Shown here: in pieces, positions 46,284 through 56,402 of the stretch
Position numbering within the stretch: position 1 is the stretch's first letter
Layout of the letters: every line of letters starts with the position of its first letter
Assembly (NCBI GenBank): GCA_963794325.1
Contig: CAWCDG010000004.1
Coordinates: forward strand, 672,001-736,000
Reading direction: 5' to 3'
Source of the DNA: an uncultured delta proteobacterium
Lineage (GTDB): Bacteria; Desulfobacterota; Binatia; Binatales; Binataceae
DNA length: 64,000 bases
Notes under the pieces: generated by a model
Databases searched by the model: none
Told to the model about the DNA's origin: nothing
The model's input: only the letters and a program-made list of their open reading frames with translations
Made by a program: the position numbers and the translations under genes

Positions 46284-47531
46284 ATGTCGATGCTGACTCC
46301 ATATCGCGTGCTCGATCTCACGAGTGAGCGCGGGCTGCTGTGCGGACAGATGCTCGCCGACCTGGGCGCCGACGTTATCAAGGTTGAGCCTCCGGGTGGA
46401 TCGCCCGTGCGCAATATCGGGCCGTTCTATAAGGACGTGCCGCATCCGAACCGATCGCTGTATTGGTGGGCGTACAATCGCAACAAGCGAGCGATCACGC
46501 TCGACCTCGAGCGCGAGGCCGGGCGCGATCTGCTGCGGCGGATGGTCGAGCGCGCTGATTTTCTGATCGAGTCGAATAATCCCGGCGACCTGGCGCGACG
46601 CAATCTCGGTTTCCGCGATCTTGCGAAAATAAATCCCGCTCTGATCTACGTTTCGATCACGCCGTTTGGACAGGACGGACCCAAGGCAAATTACGCCGAC
46701 ATCGATTTAATCATCATGGCCGCCGCGGGACCGCTGATCCTCGCCGGCGACGCAGATCGGCCGCCCGTGCGGCTGAGTGTTCCGCAGGCGTACCTGCACG
46801 CATCCGGCGACGCGGCGGTGGCGGCGCTCGCGGCGCATCATGAGCGTGTGCGTTCAGGACTCGGGCAACATATCGATGTCGCGGCGGTACAATCGGTTGC
46901 GATGGCGACGCAATCGCACACCCTTGCGGCGGCGCTCGGCTCCGATGAACTGCAACGGATCTCGGGCGGAGTGAAGATCGGGCCGATCGAACTCCCGCTG
47001 ATCTGGCCTGCCGAAGACGGCTTCGTCGCGATGACTTTTCTGTTCGGATCGGCGCTGGGCATCTTCACGGCCAGGCTGATGCATTTCATCTGCGAGCAGG
47101 GCTTTTGCGACGAGGCGACACGCGACAAGGATTGGATCGCCTACGGCGAGCAGCTGTTCAGCGGCGCCGAGCCGCTTTCGGAATTCGAGCGCGTCAAGGA
47201 GCTGGTCAGAAATTTTACCCGCAGTCGCACCAAGGCTGAGCTGCTCGAGCTCGCAGTCGAGCGCGGATTTCTGATCACACCGGTCACCACTATCGAGGAG
47301 GTGGTCGAGAGCGCGCAATTTGCATCGCGCGATTATTTTCAGAACGTCGCGCATCCTGAACTCGCCGAATCATTCCGATACCCGGGACCGTTTGCGAAAT
47401 TCAGCGCGACGCCGATCGAATATCGAAGAAGGCCGCCGACGGTCGGCGAGCATAATCGCGAAATCTATCGCGATGAACTCGGCTTGAGCGAACGCGAGAT
47501 CGGCGAACTCACTCGAACAGGGATCATCTGA
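46284..47531 (+). CDS. Family III CoA transferase (BbsE-like subunit)
   Basis: RVLDL, LADLGADVIKVEPPGG, NRNKR, PTVGEHN. Confidence 0.9.
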   Translation: MSMLTPYRVLDLTSERGLLCGQMLADLGADVIKVEPPGGSPVRNIGPFYKDVPHPNRSLYWWAYNRNKRAITLDLEREAGRDLLRRMVERADFLIESNNPGDLARRNLGFRDLAKINPALIYVSITPFGQDGPKANYADIDLIIMAAAGPLILAGDADRPPVRLSVPQAYLHASGDAAVAALAAHHERVRSGLGQHIDVAAVQSVAMATQSHTLAAALGSDELQRISGGVKIGPIELPLIWPAEDGFVAMTFLFGSALGIFTARLMHFICEQGFCDEATRDKDWIAYGEQLFSGAEPLSEFERVKELVRNFTRSRTKAELLELAVERGFLITPVTTIEEVVESAQFASRDYFQNVAHPELAESFRYPGPFAKFSATPIEYRRRPPTVGEHNREIYRDELGLSEREIGELTRTGII

Positions 47532-48748
47532 TGGCAAACGATCTGCCGCTAAAGGACATCAAGATCTGCGACTTCATGTGGGTGATGGCCGGTCCGGCCT
47601 CGACGCGGATCCTCGCCGACTATGGCGCGACCGTCGTGCGGATCGAGTCGCCGACGCGCATCGATACCGCGCGCACCCTCCAGCCCTATCACGGCAACCA
47701 ACTCGGCCCCGACAGCTCGGGACTGTTTGCCAATTGCAACGCCGGAAAGTTCGGCGTCTCGCTCGACCTCGGCAATCCCGCGGCGCGCGCGGTGGTTTAC
47801 GATCTGGTGCGATGGGCCGACGTCGTCACGGAGTCCTTCTCTCCCAAGGCGATGCGCGCGTGGGGCTTCGACTACGAAGCGATCCGCAAGATAAATCCGC
47901 GCGTCATCATGCTGAGCTCGTGCCTGATGGGACAGACCGGACCGCTCGCGAAAATCGCGGGCTTCGGGAATATGGCGGCTGCGATTGCAGGTTTCACGAA
48001 TCTCACCGGATGGCCCGACCGGCCGCCCTGCGGTGTCTTCGGCGCATACACCGACTACGTCGCGCCGCGTTTTACCGCGGTCTCGATTCTCGCCGCGCTG
48101 GATCATCGGCGCCGCACCGGCGAGGGCCAGTATATCGATCAGTCGCAGGCTGAGTGCGCACTGCACTTTCTCGGTCCCGCGATTCTCGATTACACGGTAA
48201 ATGGACGCGTCGAGGAGCGAATCGGAAATCGCGATGCCGCCTTCGCGCCGCACGGCGTTTATCCCGCCGCCGGTGATGACAAATGGATTGCGATCGTTTG
48301 CCGCGACGACGACGATTGGCGCCGCCTGTGCACCGCAATGAAAAATGAAGACCTTGCCCGCGACTCCCGCTATGCATCGGCGGCGGGACGCCTCGAGCAT
48401 CGCGACGCGATCGATTCGATGATCGCCAAGTGGAGCAGCAAACTCGATCGCGCGGCGATCGAATCAGGTTTGCAATCGTTAGGGGTTCCCGCTCATCAGG
48501 TGCAGAACAGCGCCGACGCGTATCGCGATCCGCAGTTCGCACATCGCGGACATTTCGTCGCGCTCGATCACCCGAGCCTCGGCAAATTCACGGTCGAAGG
48601 TCCGCGCGCGAAACTGTCGCGCACTCCGGCCAGTGTCCGTCGCGCTGCCCCGGCGTTGGGACAGGACAATCAACACGTGCTCGAAAACATCCTCGGCTAC
48701 GACGAAACACGAATCAGCGAATTGGCGGCGTCCGGTGCGCTCGGCTAG
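47531..48748 (+). CDS. Family III CoA transferase (BbsF-like subunit)
   Basis: AGP..TRILADYGA, GAYTDY, GQYID, APALGQDN. Confidence 0.9.
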   Translation: MANDLPLKDIKICDFMWVMAGPASTRILADYGATVVRIESPTRIDTARTLQPYHGNQLGPDSSGLFANCNAGKFGVSLDLGNPAARAVVYDLVRWADVVTESFSPKAMRAWGFDYEAIRKINPRVIMLSSCLMGQTGPLAKIAGFGNMAAAIAGFTNLTGWPDRPPCGVFGAYTDYVAPRFTAVSILAALDHRRRTGEGQYIDQSQAECALHFLGPAILDYTVNGRVEERIGNRDAAFAPHGVYPAAGDDKWIAIVCRDDDDWRRLCTAMKNEDLARDSRYASAAGRLEHRDAIDSMIAKWSSKLDRAAIESGLQSLGVPAHQVQNSADAYRDPQFAHRGHFVALDHPSLGKFTVEGPRAKLSRTPASVRRAAPALGQDNQHVLENILGYDETRISELAASGALG

Positions 48749-48802
48749 CCGGGGCCTCCAATCCGACGTGCGCCGCGCGACGTATCTGGAAGTAGAAGCC
48801 AG

Positions 48803-49363
48803 GTGGTGACGGCGGCCGACAACAAGATTTCCGATGAAGCACTCGTGTCTGCAATGGCCAGCGGCGATCAGGAAAGTTTGGCCAGGTTGAATCAACGCTA
48901 CGGCCGCGCGCTCGGCGCGGTCGCGGATAGAATCCTGCACGACAAGGCCGATGCTGAAGAAGTCGCGGCGGACGTTTTGTGGCAGCTCTGGCGGGAGGCA
49001 TCGCGATTCGATCGCAGTCGCGGCTCGGTCGGCGCGTGGATCATGATGACCGTGCGAAGCCGCGCGATCGATCGACTGCGCGCACGCAAGGCTCGCGAAC
49101 CTCGCGGCAGCAACGTTGCAGGGGTCAGCGTCGCTGATGATCCATCAAGCGAAATTCACAGCGCCGACCGCCGCCGCAAAGTGGAAGTCGCACTCGCGAG
49201 CTTGAACGACGGCGAGCGTGATTTGCTGCGGCTCGCGTATTTTTCCGATCTTTCGCAATCCGAGATCGCCGAGCGCACCAGTATTCCGCTTGGCACCGTG
49301 AAGAGCAGGATGCGCGCCGGGTTGATCAGGCTGCGAGACGCACTTCGAGGGAGCGTCGAGTAA
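48803..49363 (+). CDS. ECF sigma factor (SigK-like)
   Basis: DAEEV, RSRAIDRLR, SQSEIAERTSIPLGTVKSR. Confidence 0.92.
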   Translation: MVTAADNKISDEALVSAMASGDQESLARLNQRYGRALGAVADRILHDKADAEEVAADVLWQLWREASRFDRSRGSVGAWIMMTVRSRAIDRLRARKAREPRGSNVAGVSVADDPSSEIHSADRRRKVEVALASLNDGERDLLRLAYFSDLSQSEIAERTSIPLGTVKSRMRAGLIRLRDALRGSVE

Positions 49364-49364
49364 G

Positions 49365-50222
49365 GTGGAGCACGCGGAAATCAAGGACCTGATCCCGCTC
49401 AAGGCACTCTCGCGGCTCGACCCGGATGAGGCGCGCGCGGTTGACGAGCATCTGGCGCTGGGATGCGACGAATGCGAGCGCGAGCTCGAGTCGTTCAACG
49501 AAGCGCTCGCGGCAATGGCGATCGTGGAGGCGGGCGGCGATGGTCCGTCCGATCGAATCTGGAGTCGCCTGCAGACGCGTCTCGACGCGAGCCGTCCTGC
49601 GCAGAGAATCGAAGATCGATCGACGCGCGGATCATCACGCGGGCGCGGTCTTGCGATGCTTGGTTCAGCGGCCGCAGCCGCGGTCGTCGCGATCGCCGTC
49701 AGCTACTCATTTTTCAATTCACGGATGCGAACCGACACTTCCGAGACTTCAAATGACATCGCAGCGCTCACCGCGAAAGTGATCGAGGTCCAGCGCAACC
49801 TCGATACCACCGGCGACCAGCTCGCCGCACTGCAGGCCAAGGTCGCGCAGACCACCGACTTGACCCTCGCCAGTCTCGGTCCCGACGCGCAAGTCGCTCG
49901 GCTGGCCGGTCTTGATCCGTCGCCGTCCGCGAATGGCACCGTCGCAATCAATCACGGTCAGGGCACCGCGATCCTCGAGGTCAACGGTCTTCCGCCGACG
50001 CCCGACGACAAGGAGTACGAGGTGTGGTGGATCGGCGCAAAGCAGGGGCCGCTGAGGGCCGGGCTGTTTGAACCGTCGAGTCACGGCGCGACGATCGTTT
50101 CGCTCGACCTGCCGCCGTCGGGGGAAGTGGTAATCGCCAGCGCTATCACGCTCGAGCCGCTCGGCGGAGTCGAGAAGCCGAGCGGTGCGATGTATTTGAA
50201 GGGCGATTTCCCCCGGCACTAG
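49365..50222 (+). CDS. Anti-sigma factor (RskA-like, N-terminal Zn motif)
   Basis: HLALGCDEC, TM helix, YEVWWI, AITLEP.GG..KPSG. Confidence 0.88.
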   Translation: MEHAEIKDLIPLKALSRLDPDEARAVDEHLALGCDECERELESFNEALAAMAIVEAGGDGPSDRIWSRLQTRLDASRPAQRIEDRSTRGSSRGRGLAMLGSAAAAAVVAIAVSYSFFNSRMRTDTSETSNDIAALTAKVIEVQRNLDTTGDQLAALQAKVAQTTDLTLASLGPDAQVARLAGLDPSPSANGTVAINHGQGTAILEVNGLPPTPDDKEYEVWWIGAKQGPLRAGLFEPSSHGATIVSLDLPPSGEVVIASAITLEPLGGVEKPSGAMYLKGDFPRH

Positions 50223-50272
50223 CAAAGTCGCGCGCGCGCAATCCGGTTCGACATCGCGCGCGTATCTCGGGC

Positions 50273-50428
50273 ATGGAGCCGAACGAAACTGCCTTCGATC
50301 TCGATCGCTACCTGCGCGTGTGCGGCGCGACCAAGCCTGAGTGTATCGATTGGACGATGCCGCAACCGCGCCTCAGCGACGACGCGCTATTCACGATCGC
50401 TAATATGATGGACATCGAGTCGCACTAG
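50273..50428 (+). pseudogene. Truncated N-terminal fragment of a ferritin-like/desaturase-type gene
   Basis: MEPNETAFDLDRYL...IDW...LSDDAL...MMDIESH then stop. Confidence 0.45.
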
Positions 50429-50472
50429 AATGTCGCTTGCCGGCTCGCGCGAGTTTCTAGTATTCGGACTGG

Positions 50473-51243
50473 ATGTTCACCGGCCTCGACCATGTCGCGA
50501 TTGTTGTCAGCGAACTTGAATCGGCGATCGCAAGCTACTCGCGCGCAGGATTTACGGTGGTTCGCGGCGGGAAACATCCGATCGGCACGCACAACGCGCT
50601 GATCGCATTCGCGGACGGCAGCTATTTCGAGCTGATCGCGTTCATCAAACCGGACACCGGACATCCCTGGCAAACGGCGCTCGAGAAGGGCGGCGGCATC
50701 GTCGATTTTTGCATGAGCACCGACAATCTCGCCGCTGACCTCGACTCGCTTCGCCGTGCGGGCGCGAAGGTTGGCAATCCGTCTCCGCTGACCCGCGATC
50801 GTCCCGACGGCTATCACCTGAGTTGGGTGCTCGCGATTCCCGCGCCTCCGTTTAATGGCCAGGTGCCGTTTCTGATCAAGGACGACACGCCGCGCGATGA
50901 GCGCGTACCGCGAGAACGTTCGCATCGCAACGGCGCGACCGGCATTCGCACGCTTGCGATCGCAGTGAATGATCCCAGCGTGACCAGCCGCTACTATGCG
51001 CGAGTTCTCGGCCGCCCCGGTGCACCGGTCGAGCGTCCAGACCTCGAAGCTGCGGGCGTCAGGTTCGCGATCGGTCCCAACGAAGTGCAGTTGCTCGCGT
51101 CGAAAAGCGACGATGGACCGCTGGCGGACTGGATTCGCGATCACGGTCAATCGCCGTTCGAGGTGGTCCTCTCGAATGCGAACGGTGCCGCGACACTTCT
51201 CGACCCTGCACTGCTGCAAGGCGCGCGGATAACGTTCGCGTGA
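50473..51243 (+). CDS. VOC/glyoxalase-like protein
   Basis: LDHVAI, GGKHPIGTHNALI, YFELI, PFLI. Confidence 0.85.
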   Translation: MFTGLDHVAIVVSELESAIASYSRAGFTVVRGGKHPIGTHNALIAFADGSYFELIAFIKPDTGHPWQTALEKGGGIVDFCMSTDNLAADLDSLRRAGAKVGNPSPLTRDRPDGYHLSWVLAIPAPPFNGQVPFLIKDDTPRDERVPRERSHRNGATGIRTLAIAVNDPSVTSRYYARVLGRPGAPVERPDLEAAGVRFAIGPNEVQLLASKSDDGPLADWIRDHGQSPFEVVLSNANGAATLLDPALLQGARITFA

Positions 51244-51271
51244 TTGTCTTGTAGTAGTATCCGCACTTGCG

Positions 51272-52684
51272 ATGGTCCCCTTCGGCAAAATTCCTCGCAT
51301 CGTGATTGCGGCGACTGGCAGCGGGGTCGGCAAGACTACTGCGACGGTCGCGCTGATGGGTGCACTGCGCGCGCGCGGGCTCAAGGTCGCGGCGTTCAAG
51401 TGCGGCCCCGACTATCTCGATCCCACCTATCACGAACGCGCGGCCGGCGTGCGCTCGCACAACCTTGATGGCTGGATGATGGATCGCGACGCGGTAGTTG
51501 CGACCTTTGCACGCGCGTCCGCCGACGCCGACATCGCGGTGATCGAGGGCATGATGGGGCTGTTCGATTCGGCGACGCCGACCGGCGATGAAGGATCGAC
51601 TGCGCAGATCGCGAAGTGGCTCGACGCGCCGGTGATCCTCGTCACTGACGCCTCGGGCGTCGCGCGCACAATCGCCGCAGTGGCAGCGGGTTTCGCGCGC
51701 TTCGATCCGGCAGTTCGGGTGGCCGGCATGATCTGCAATCGCGTTGGCGGACGGGGGCATCTCGATTTGCTGCGTGCTGCGCAGCCCGAGGTTCCGATTG
51801 TTGGTGGATTCCCCGCCAGTGCCGAACTCGCTTTTCCCGAGCGTCATCTCGGTCTGCTGATGGCGGACGAATCGAATGTGCCGCAACGGCTGATCGATGG
51901 ATGGAGCCGGCTTGCCGCCGAATGGCTGGATATCGACGCGATCGTCGAGATCGCGCGCTCGGCGCCGGCACTGGACGCCGGTCGCACGTCGGACCCGATA
52001 CAAATCGATTCGAGTTCGCGGCCGCGAGGCCGAATCGGCGTGGCGTACGATGCTGCGTTTCACTTTTACTATGAAGATAATTTGAATCGGCTTCGCTCGA
52101 TCGGCGCGGAGATTGTACATTTCTCGCCGATCCGCGATCGCGAACTGCCCGAGGTCGATGGACTGTACTTCGGCGGGGGATATCCGGAGGCGTTCGCGCG
52201 CGAGCTGTCTTCGAATACGGCAATGCTCGCCGCCATTCGAGGGTTCGCTGCTCGCGGCGGAGCGGTTTACGCCGAATGCGGCGGTCTGATGTATCTGACC
52301 GATGCGATCCGAACGCTCGACGGCGTGCGGTGGCCGATGTCGGCGATTATTCCCGGAGTCGCGGCGATGTCCGAGAAGCTGCAGGCGATCGGCTACGTCG
52401 AAGTTGAGACGCGCGCGGATTCGATTCTCGGGCCGGCAGGAACGCGATTTCGAGGCCATCAGTTTCGCCACTCGACGCTTGAAGGAGCTGATGGCGGGAT
52501 TCGGATCGATCGCATTTATAATGTGGCGCCGCGATGGGGTGGCGCGCCGTTCGCCGAAGGCTATAGCGTCGGAAATGTTCTCGCATCATATGTGCACGCG
52601 CACTGGGCGTCGAATCCGGCGGTTGCCGAGTCCCTCATCAACGCCTGCATTCGGTCCCGCGTCGCAAGACAACCGGCTGCGTAG
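51272..52684 (+). CDS. cbiA: Cobyrinate a,c-diamide synthase
   Basis: SGVGKTT, FKCGPDYLDP, EGMMGLFD, ERHLGL, GGGYPE, AECGG. Confidence 0.9.
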   Translation: MVPFGKIPRIVIAATGSGVGKTTATVALMGALRARGLKVAAFKCGPDYLDPTYHERAAGVRSHNLDGWMMDRDAVVATFARASADADIAVIEGMMGLFDSATPTGDEGSTAQIAKWLDAPVILVTDASGVARTIAAVAAGFARFDPAVRVAGMICNRVGGRGHLDLLRAAQPEVPIVGGFPASAELAFPERHLGLLMADESNVPQRLIDGWSRLAAEWLDIDAIVEIARSAPALDAGRTSDPIQIDSSSRPRGRIGVAYDAAFHFYYEDNLNRLRSIGAEIVHFSPIRDRELPEVDGLYFGGGYPEAFARELSSNTAMLAAIRGFAARGGAVYAECGGLMYLTDAIRTLDGVRWPMSAIIPGVAAMSEKLQAIGYVEVETRADSILGPAGTRFRGHQFRHSTLEGADGGIRIDRIYNVAPRWGGAPFAEGYSVGNVLASYVHAHWASNPAVAESLINACIRSRVARQPAA

Positions 52685-52701
52685 CGTCTAGAATTGCCGT
52701 C

Positions 52702-53568
52702 ATGAGCATCGACCGCGCAGATCAGAATCGAGGTAAAGACCGCACGAAAATTCCGGGCGAATTTCCCGCCGCGCCGCTGACGCTCGAAGGCTACGGCATT
52801 CTACATCAGATGTTCCGCGTGCGACGGCGCCAATTGCGCGCGCTCGACAGTGCGAAACGCGACGCGGCGATCAGCGCCGCGTCGAAGCTCTTCGGCGAGA
52901 TGGCGCGGGGCGAGAGCGGTGAGACCGCGCTTTTTTCAGTCATTGGGCACAAGGGCGATCTGATGATCGTCCACTTCCGGCGCAGCTTCGAGGAACTTGG
53001 GCAGGCCGAGCACGCAGTCGCGGCGCTCGCACTCAGCGACTATCTGGAACCGACCACTTCGTATCTTTCAGTGATTGAAATCGGGCTGTACGAGGCGACG
53101 GTCGCGCTCTATCGCAAGCTCGTCGATCAGGGAATCGGGCCGCATTCGCCTCAATGGAAATCTGAAATCGAGTCCGAGATTGCCCGGCAGCGCGAAAAAA
53201 TTTCGCCGCGACTGTTTCCGAAAATCCCCGCGCGGCCCTACCTGTGTTTCTATCCGATGGACAAGAAGCGCGACGGCGCTGACAACTGGTATCGCTTGCC
53301 AATCGAGGATCGCCAGCGCCTGATGCACGATCACGGGATGGTCGGGCGGCGTTTCGCCGGCGAGGTGACGCAAATTATTTCGGGCTCGATCGGCTTCGAC
53401 GATTGGGAATGGGGCGTCGATCTGTTCGCCGACGATCCGCTCGTGTTCAAGAAACTCGTCTATGAAATGCGGTTCGACGAGGCCAGCGCGTCGTACGCGA
53501 AGTTCGGCCCATTCTACGTCGGCCTCCGCCTCGAGCCGTCCGCACTGGCGAAACTCTTCTCGATCTGA
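52702..53568 (+). CDS. hemQ: Coproheme decarboxylase (chlorite dismutase family)
   Basis: TLEG, GHKGD, YPMDKKR...WY, HG..GR, GFDDWEWGV, MRFDE. Confidence 0.85.
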   Translation: MSIDRADQNRGKDRTKIPGEFPAAPLTLEGYGILHQMFRVRRRQLRALDSAKRDAAISAASKLFGEMARGESGETALFSVIGHKGDLMIVHFRRSFEELGQAEHAVAALALSDYLEPTTSYLSVIEIGLYEATVALYRKLVDQGIGPHSPQWKSEIESEIARQREKISPRLFPKIPARPYLCFYPMDKKRDGADNWYRLPIEDRQRLMHDHGMVGRRFAGEVTQIISGSIGFDDWEWGVDLFADDPLVFKKLVYEMRFDEASASYAKFGPFYVGLRLEPSALAKLFSI

Positions 53569-53687
53569 TCGTGACCCGCATTATTTCGTAGCCCGACAGC
53601 GCCAGCGCGCGCAGGGTCCGATCCGTACCAGCTTGACGTAAGGCGAACAAATGACGAAGATGGGTCGCTTCAAGGAGGACATATCCA

Positions 53688-54149
53688 ATGGCGACCTGGA
53701 ATGAATTCGAAACCGACGCGCCCGATATCGCCGAAGCTGGAAAGAAGTTGCTCTATCAATTCGGCGTCGGGCTGGCCTTCCTCGCGACGCTCCGCAAAGA
53801 CGGCGCGCCGCGCCTCCATCCGGTTTGCCCCACCGTCCTCGACGGCCACCTCTACGCACTCATCGGTCCGAGTCCGAAGCGCGGCGATTTGAAGCGCGAC
53901 GGCCGCTACGCACTGCATACCTTCCCGCCGGTCGAGGTCGATGACGAGTTCCTGGTGATGGGTCGCGCGACGTTCATCGACGACAAGGTGATCGAGGACA
54001 AAGTCCGTAACGATTGCGTGAGCCGCGGGATGACCACGACCGGCGACGATCTCCCGTTCGAGTTCCGCATCGAAAGCGTGATGCATGCGAAGTACCCGGG
54101 CGGCCACGGCACCTGGCCGCCGAAGTATTCGATTTGGAAATCGCGCTGA
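53688..54149 (+). CDS. PNPOx-like split-barrel protein
   Basis: LATLRKDGAPRLHPV, SPK..DL.RDGRYALH. Confidence 0.8.
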   Translation: MATWNEFETDAPDIAEAGKKLLYQFGVGLAFLATLRKDGAPRLHPVCPTVLDGHLYALIGPSPKRGDLKRDGRYALHTFPPVEVDDEFLVMGRATFIDDKVIEDKVRNDCVSRGMTTTGDDLPFEFRIESVMHAKYPGGHGTWPPKYSIWKSR

Positions 54150-54215
54150 TGTTTTGAGTAATGCGGTCGAAAGAAAAATCACCGCAACTCGCGATCGCCG
54201 GCCAGACCCTCGCTC

Positions 54216-54509
54216 TTACTCGTCGCGATCCTTGAACGCGATCTCGATATTCTGCGCCAGCTTGAAATCCTTGTCGGTCACTCCGCCGTCGCTATGCGTC
54301 GAGCACGAAAACGTCACCTTGGTATAGCTGATGGTGATATCCGGATGATGGTCGGCGGCCTCCGCAATCTCGGCGACCTTCTGCACGAACTCGATGCCGT
54401 GCAGGAATTCCTTGAACTTGAACGTCTTGCTGATGGCGTTGTTCTTGGACTCCCATCCGGGGAGAGCCTTGAGCTTCTCTGCGATTTGATCCGCGCTGAG
54501 TTTCGGCAT
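54216..54509 (-). CDS. Pterin-4a-carbinolamine dehydratase
   Basis: AEAADHHPD, STHSDGGVT.KD. Confidence 0.9.
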   Translation of the reverse strand: MPKLSADQIAEKLKALPGWESKNNAISKTFKFKEFLHGIEFVQKVAEIAEAADHHPDITISYTKVTFSCSTHSDGGVTDKDFKLAQNIEIAFKDRDE

Positions 54510-54665
54510 CTTGAGATCCTCCGGCAGATATATTGTCGATAGCTCTATCATAGTGCATCGAGAGTGTGCGGCGTTATACCCGTCGCGCGCGCCTGTGGTA
54601 AAGGTGGGCGCTGGTGCAAGCAGAGGGAGCGAAGATCGAAAACGCACACAAGGGACACTAAAACG

Positions 54666-55115
54666 ATGGCGAACAAATACGTTACCGACGAAGCTCGCAA
54701 GCAAATCGGCAAGACCTCCGAGCCGCGGACTTACGAAGTCGAGCGCGGCGCGATTCGCCGCTTTGCCGAGGCGATCGAGGATCGCAATCCGCTGTTCAAC
54801 AGCGAGCGCGACGCGCGCCAGACCCGCTTCGGCGGAATGATCGCACCGCCAACCTTCGGCCGCTCGATGGGCTCGCCGATTCCCGACATCAAGCTCGACA
54901 TGCCGACCTTCCGCGGCCTCGACGGCGGATCGGATTGGGAATACTTCGTGCCGATTCGCCCCGGCGACCGAATCACCGTGCAATCGAAGCTCGTCGATTT
55001 GCGCGAAGCAGCCGGCCGCCTCGGCCCGATGGTCTTCACGGTCGTCGAGACCACCTACACCAACCAGTTCGGCGAAGTCTGCGTCATCCAACGCTCGACC
55101 GGAATCCGATATTAA
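54666..55115 (+). CDS. MaoC-like hotdog dehydratase, N-type subunit
   Basis: VERGAIRRFAEAIED.NP, APPTF, PIRPGD. Confidence 0.85.
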   Translation: MANKYVTDEARKQIGKTSEPRTYEVERGAIRRFAEAIEDRNPLFNSERDARQTRFGGMIAPPTFGRSMGSPIPDIKLDMPTFRGLDGGSDWEYFVPIRPGDRITVQSKLVDLREAAGRLGPMVFTVVETTYTNQFGEVCVIQRSTGIRY

Positions 55116-55133
55116 ATTTCACTGAGAAAAACG

Positions 55134-55574
55134 ATGGCTAAGCAAATTTATTTCGAAGATGTTCAAGTCGGCACCGAGATCGGGCCGCTCGAAAAGAATC
55201 CGACCACCCAGCAGCTCGTCCGCTACGCCGGCGCGTCGGGCGACTTCTATCAGATCCACTACGACAAGGATTTCGCGCTAGGCAACAACCTGCCCGGCGT
55301 AATCCTGCACGGCGCGTTGAAGAATGCGTTCCTCGGCCATCTGATGACCGACTTCGCCGGCGAGCTCGGATGGCTGCGCAAGCTCGGCGTGCAGTACCGC
55401 GGGATGGATCAGCCGGGCACCAAGGTCGTCGCTCGCGGCAAGGTTTCGAAGAAATACACCGAGGGCGGCTACAACCTGGTCGATTGCGAAATCTGGCTCG
55501 AGAACGCCAAGGGCGAAAAGACCACGCCGGGTTCCGCCACCGTCATTCTGCCTTCGCGGGCAGCGAGCCGATGA
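55134..55574 (+). CDS. MaoC-like dehydratase, catalytic subunit
   Basis: YAGASGDFYQIHYD...VILHG hydratase motif. Confidence 0.88.
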   Translation: MAKQIYFEDVQVGTEIGPLEKNPTTQQLVRYAGASGDFYQIHYDKDFALGNNLPGVILHGALKNAFLGHLMTDFAGELGWLRKLGVQYRGMDQPGTKVVARGKVSKKYTEGGYNLVDCEIWLENAKGEKTTPGSATVILPSRAASR

Positions 55575-55585
55575 GGTAGTACCCG

Positions 55586-56344
55586 ATGCCGACCCGGCGC
55601 GAGTTCCCGCCCCGATCGCTGAACGCCGAGGCGCTCAACGAGGGCCGCGTCGATTCGCACTACACCAAAGTGCTGATCCGCCTGCTCGCCGCGCACGCGA
55701 TGGCCGAGAAGCTGACCGCGCTCGGCTATCAGCGCGCGCTCGCGACGCTCGACAATCCCGACCTGCGTCCAATCGTCGAGAAGAATTTCGCCGAAGAAAA
55801 GAAGCACGCGCGGCTCATCTACGATGTGCTCGATGAACTCGGAGTCACGCAGCAAGCCGCCGACCGCTCGATGATCATGGTGCTGAAGGCGCCCTCGTTC
55901 GACGCGCCCAGCTACTTCGCATCGAAGGCCGAAGGCGAGCTCGACCTGCTGATGGCGTCGCTAAGTCTCGACACCACCGGCCTCATCATGATTGGCGAGA
56001 ACTACAAGGAGTCGAGCTACGCGCCGCACGCGCGCGCCGCCGAAATAATCCTCGACGAGGAAGCGGACCACGAGATTTTCGCGTCGCGGCAGCTCGGCGA
56101 CGCCGTCGATCGTTTCGGCGCCCAGTCGGTCAACACCGCGCTCCGACGATGGATCCCGCGCGCGGTGAATTTCTTCGGCCCGCCCGGCACCGGCTTCACC
56201 TACGACTGCCTCCGCTACGGCCTGAAGTCGAGGGACAACGAAGAACTAGCCGAGCTGTACGTCACGATGCTCTCGCGCCGCTGCGACCAACTAGGCCTCG
56301 AGATGCCCGCCCTCACAGCAACCTATCCGCACTCCCTCGCCTGA
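55586..56344 (+). CDS. Ferritin-like diiron protein (PaaA/PaaC-like)
   Basis: AE, EEKKH, D, SSYAP, EEADH, FFGPP. Confidence 0.7.
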   Translation: MPTRREFPPRSLNAEALNEGRVDSHYTKVLIRLLAAHAMAEKLTALGYQRALATLDNPDLRPIVEKNFAEEKKHARLIYDVLDELGVTQQAADRSMIMVLKAPSFDAPSYFASKAEGELDLLMASLSLDTTGLIMIGENYKESSYAPHARAAEIILDEEADHEIFASRQLGDAVDRFGAQSVNTALRRWIPRAVNFFGPPGTGFTYDCLRYGLKSRDNEELAELYVTMLSRRCDQLGLEMPALTATYPHSLA

Positions 56345-56402
56345 ATCCTTCTTACCTCGGCGGACCGCAACGCGGTCGGTAGGGTGAGGGTTCCGCGGCG
56401 TC

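Noticed and set aside
54510-55091. Long N-terminal extension on the pterin dehydratase ORF
   Set aside because: Antisense to the MaoC gene; the real start is MPKLS at 54509 after a GGAGG RBS
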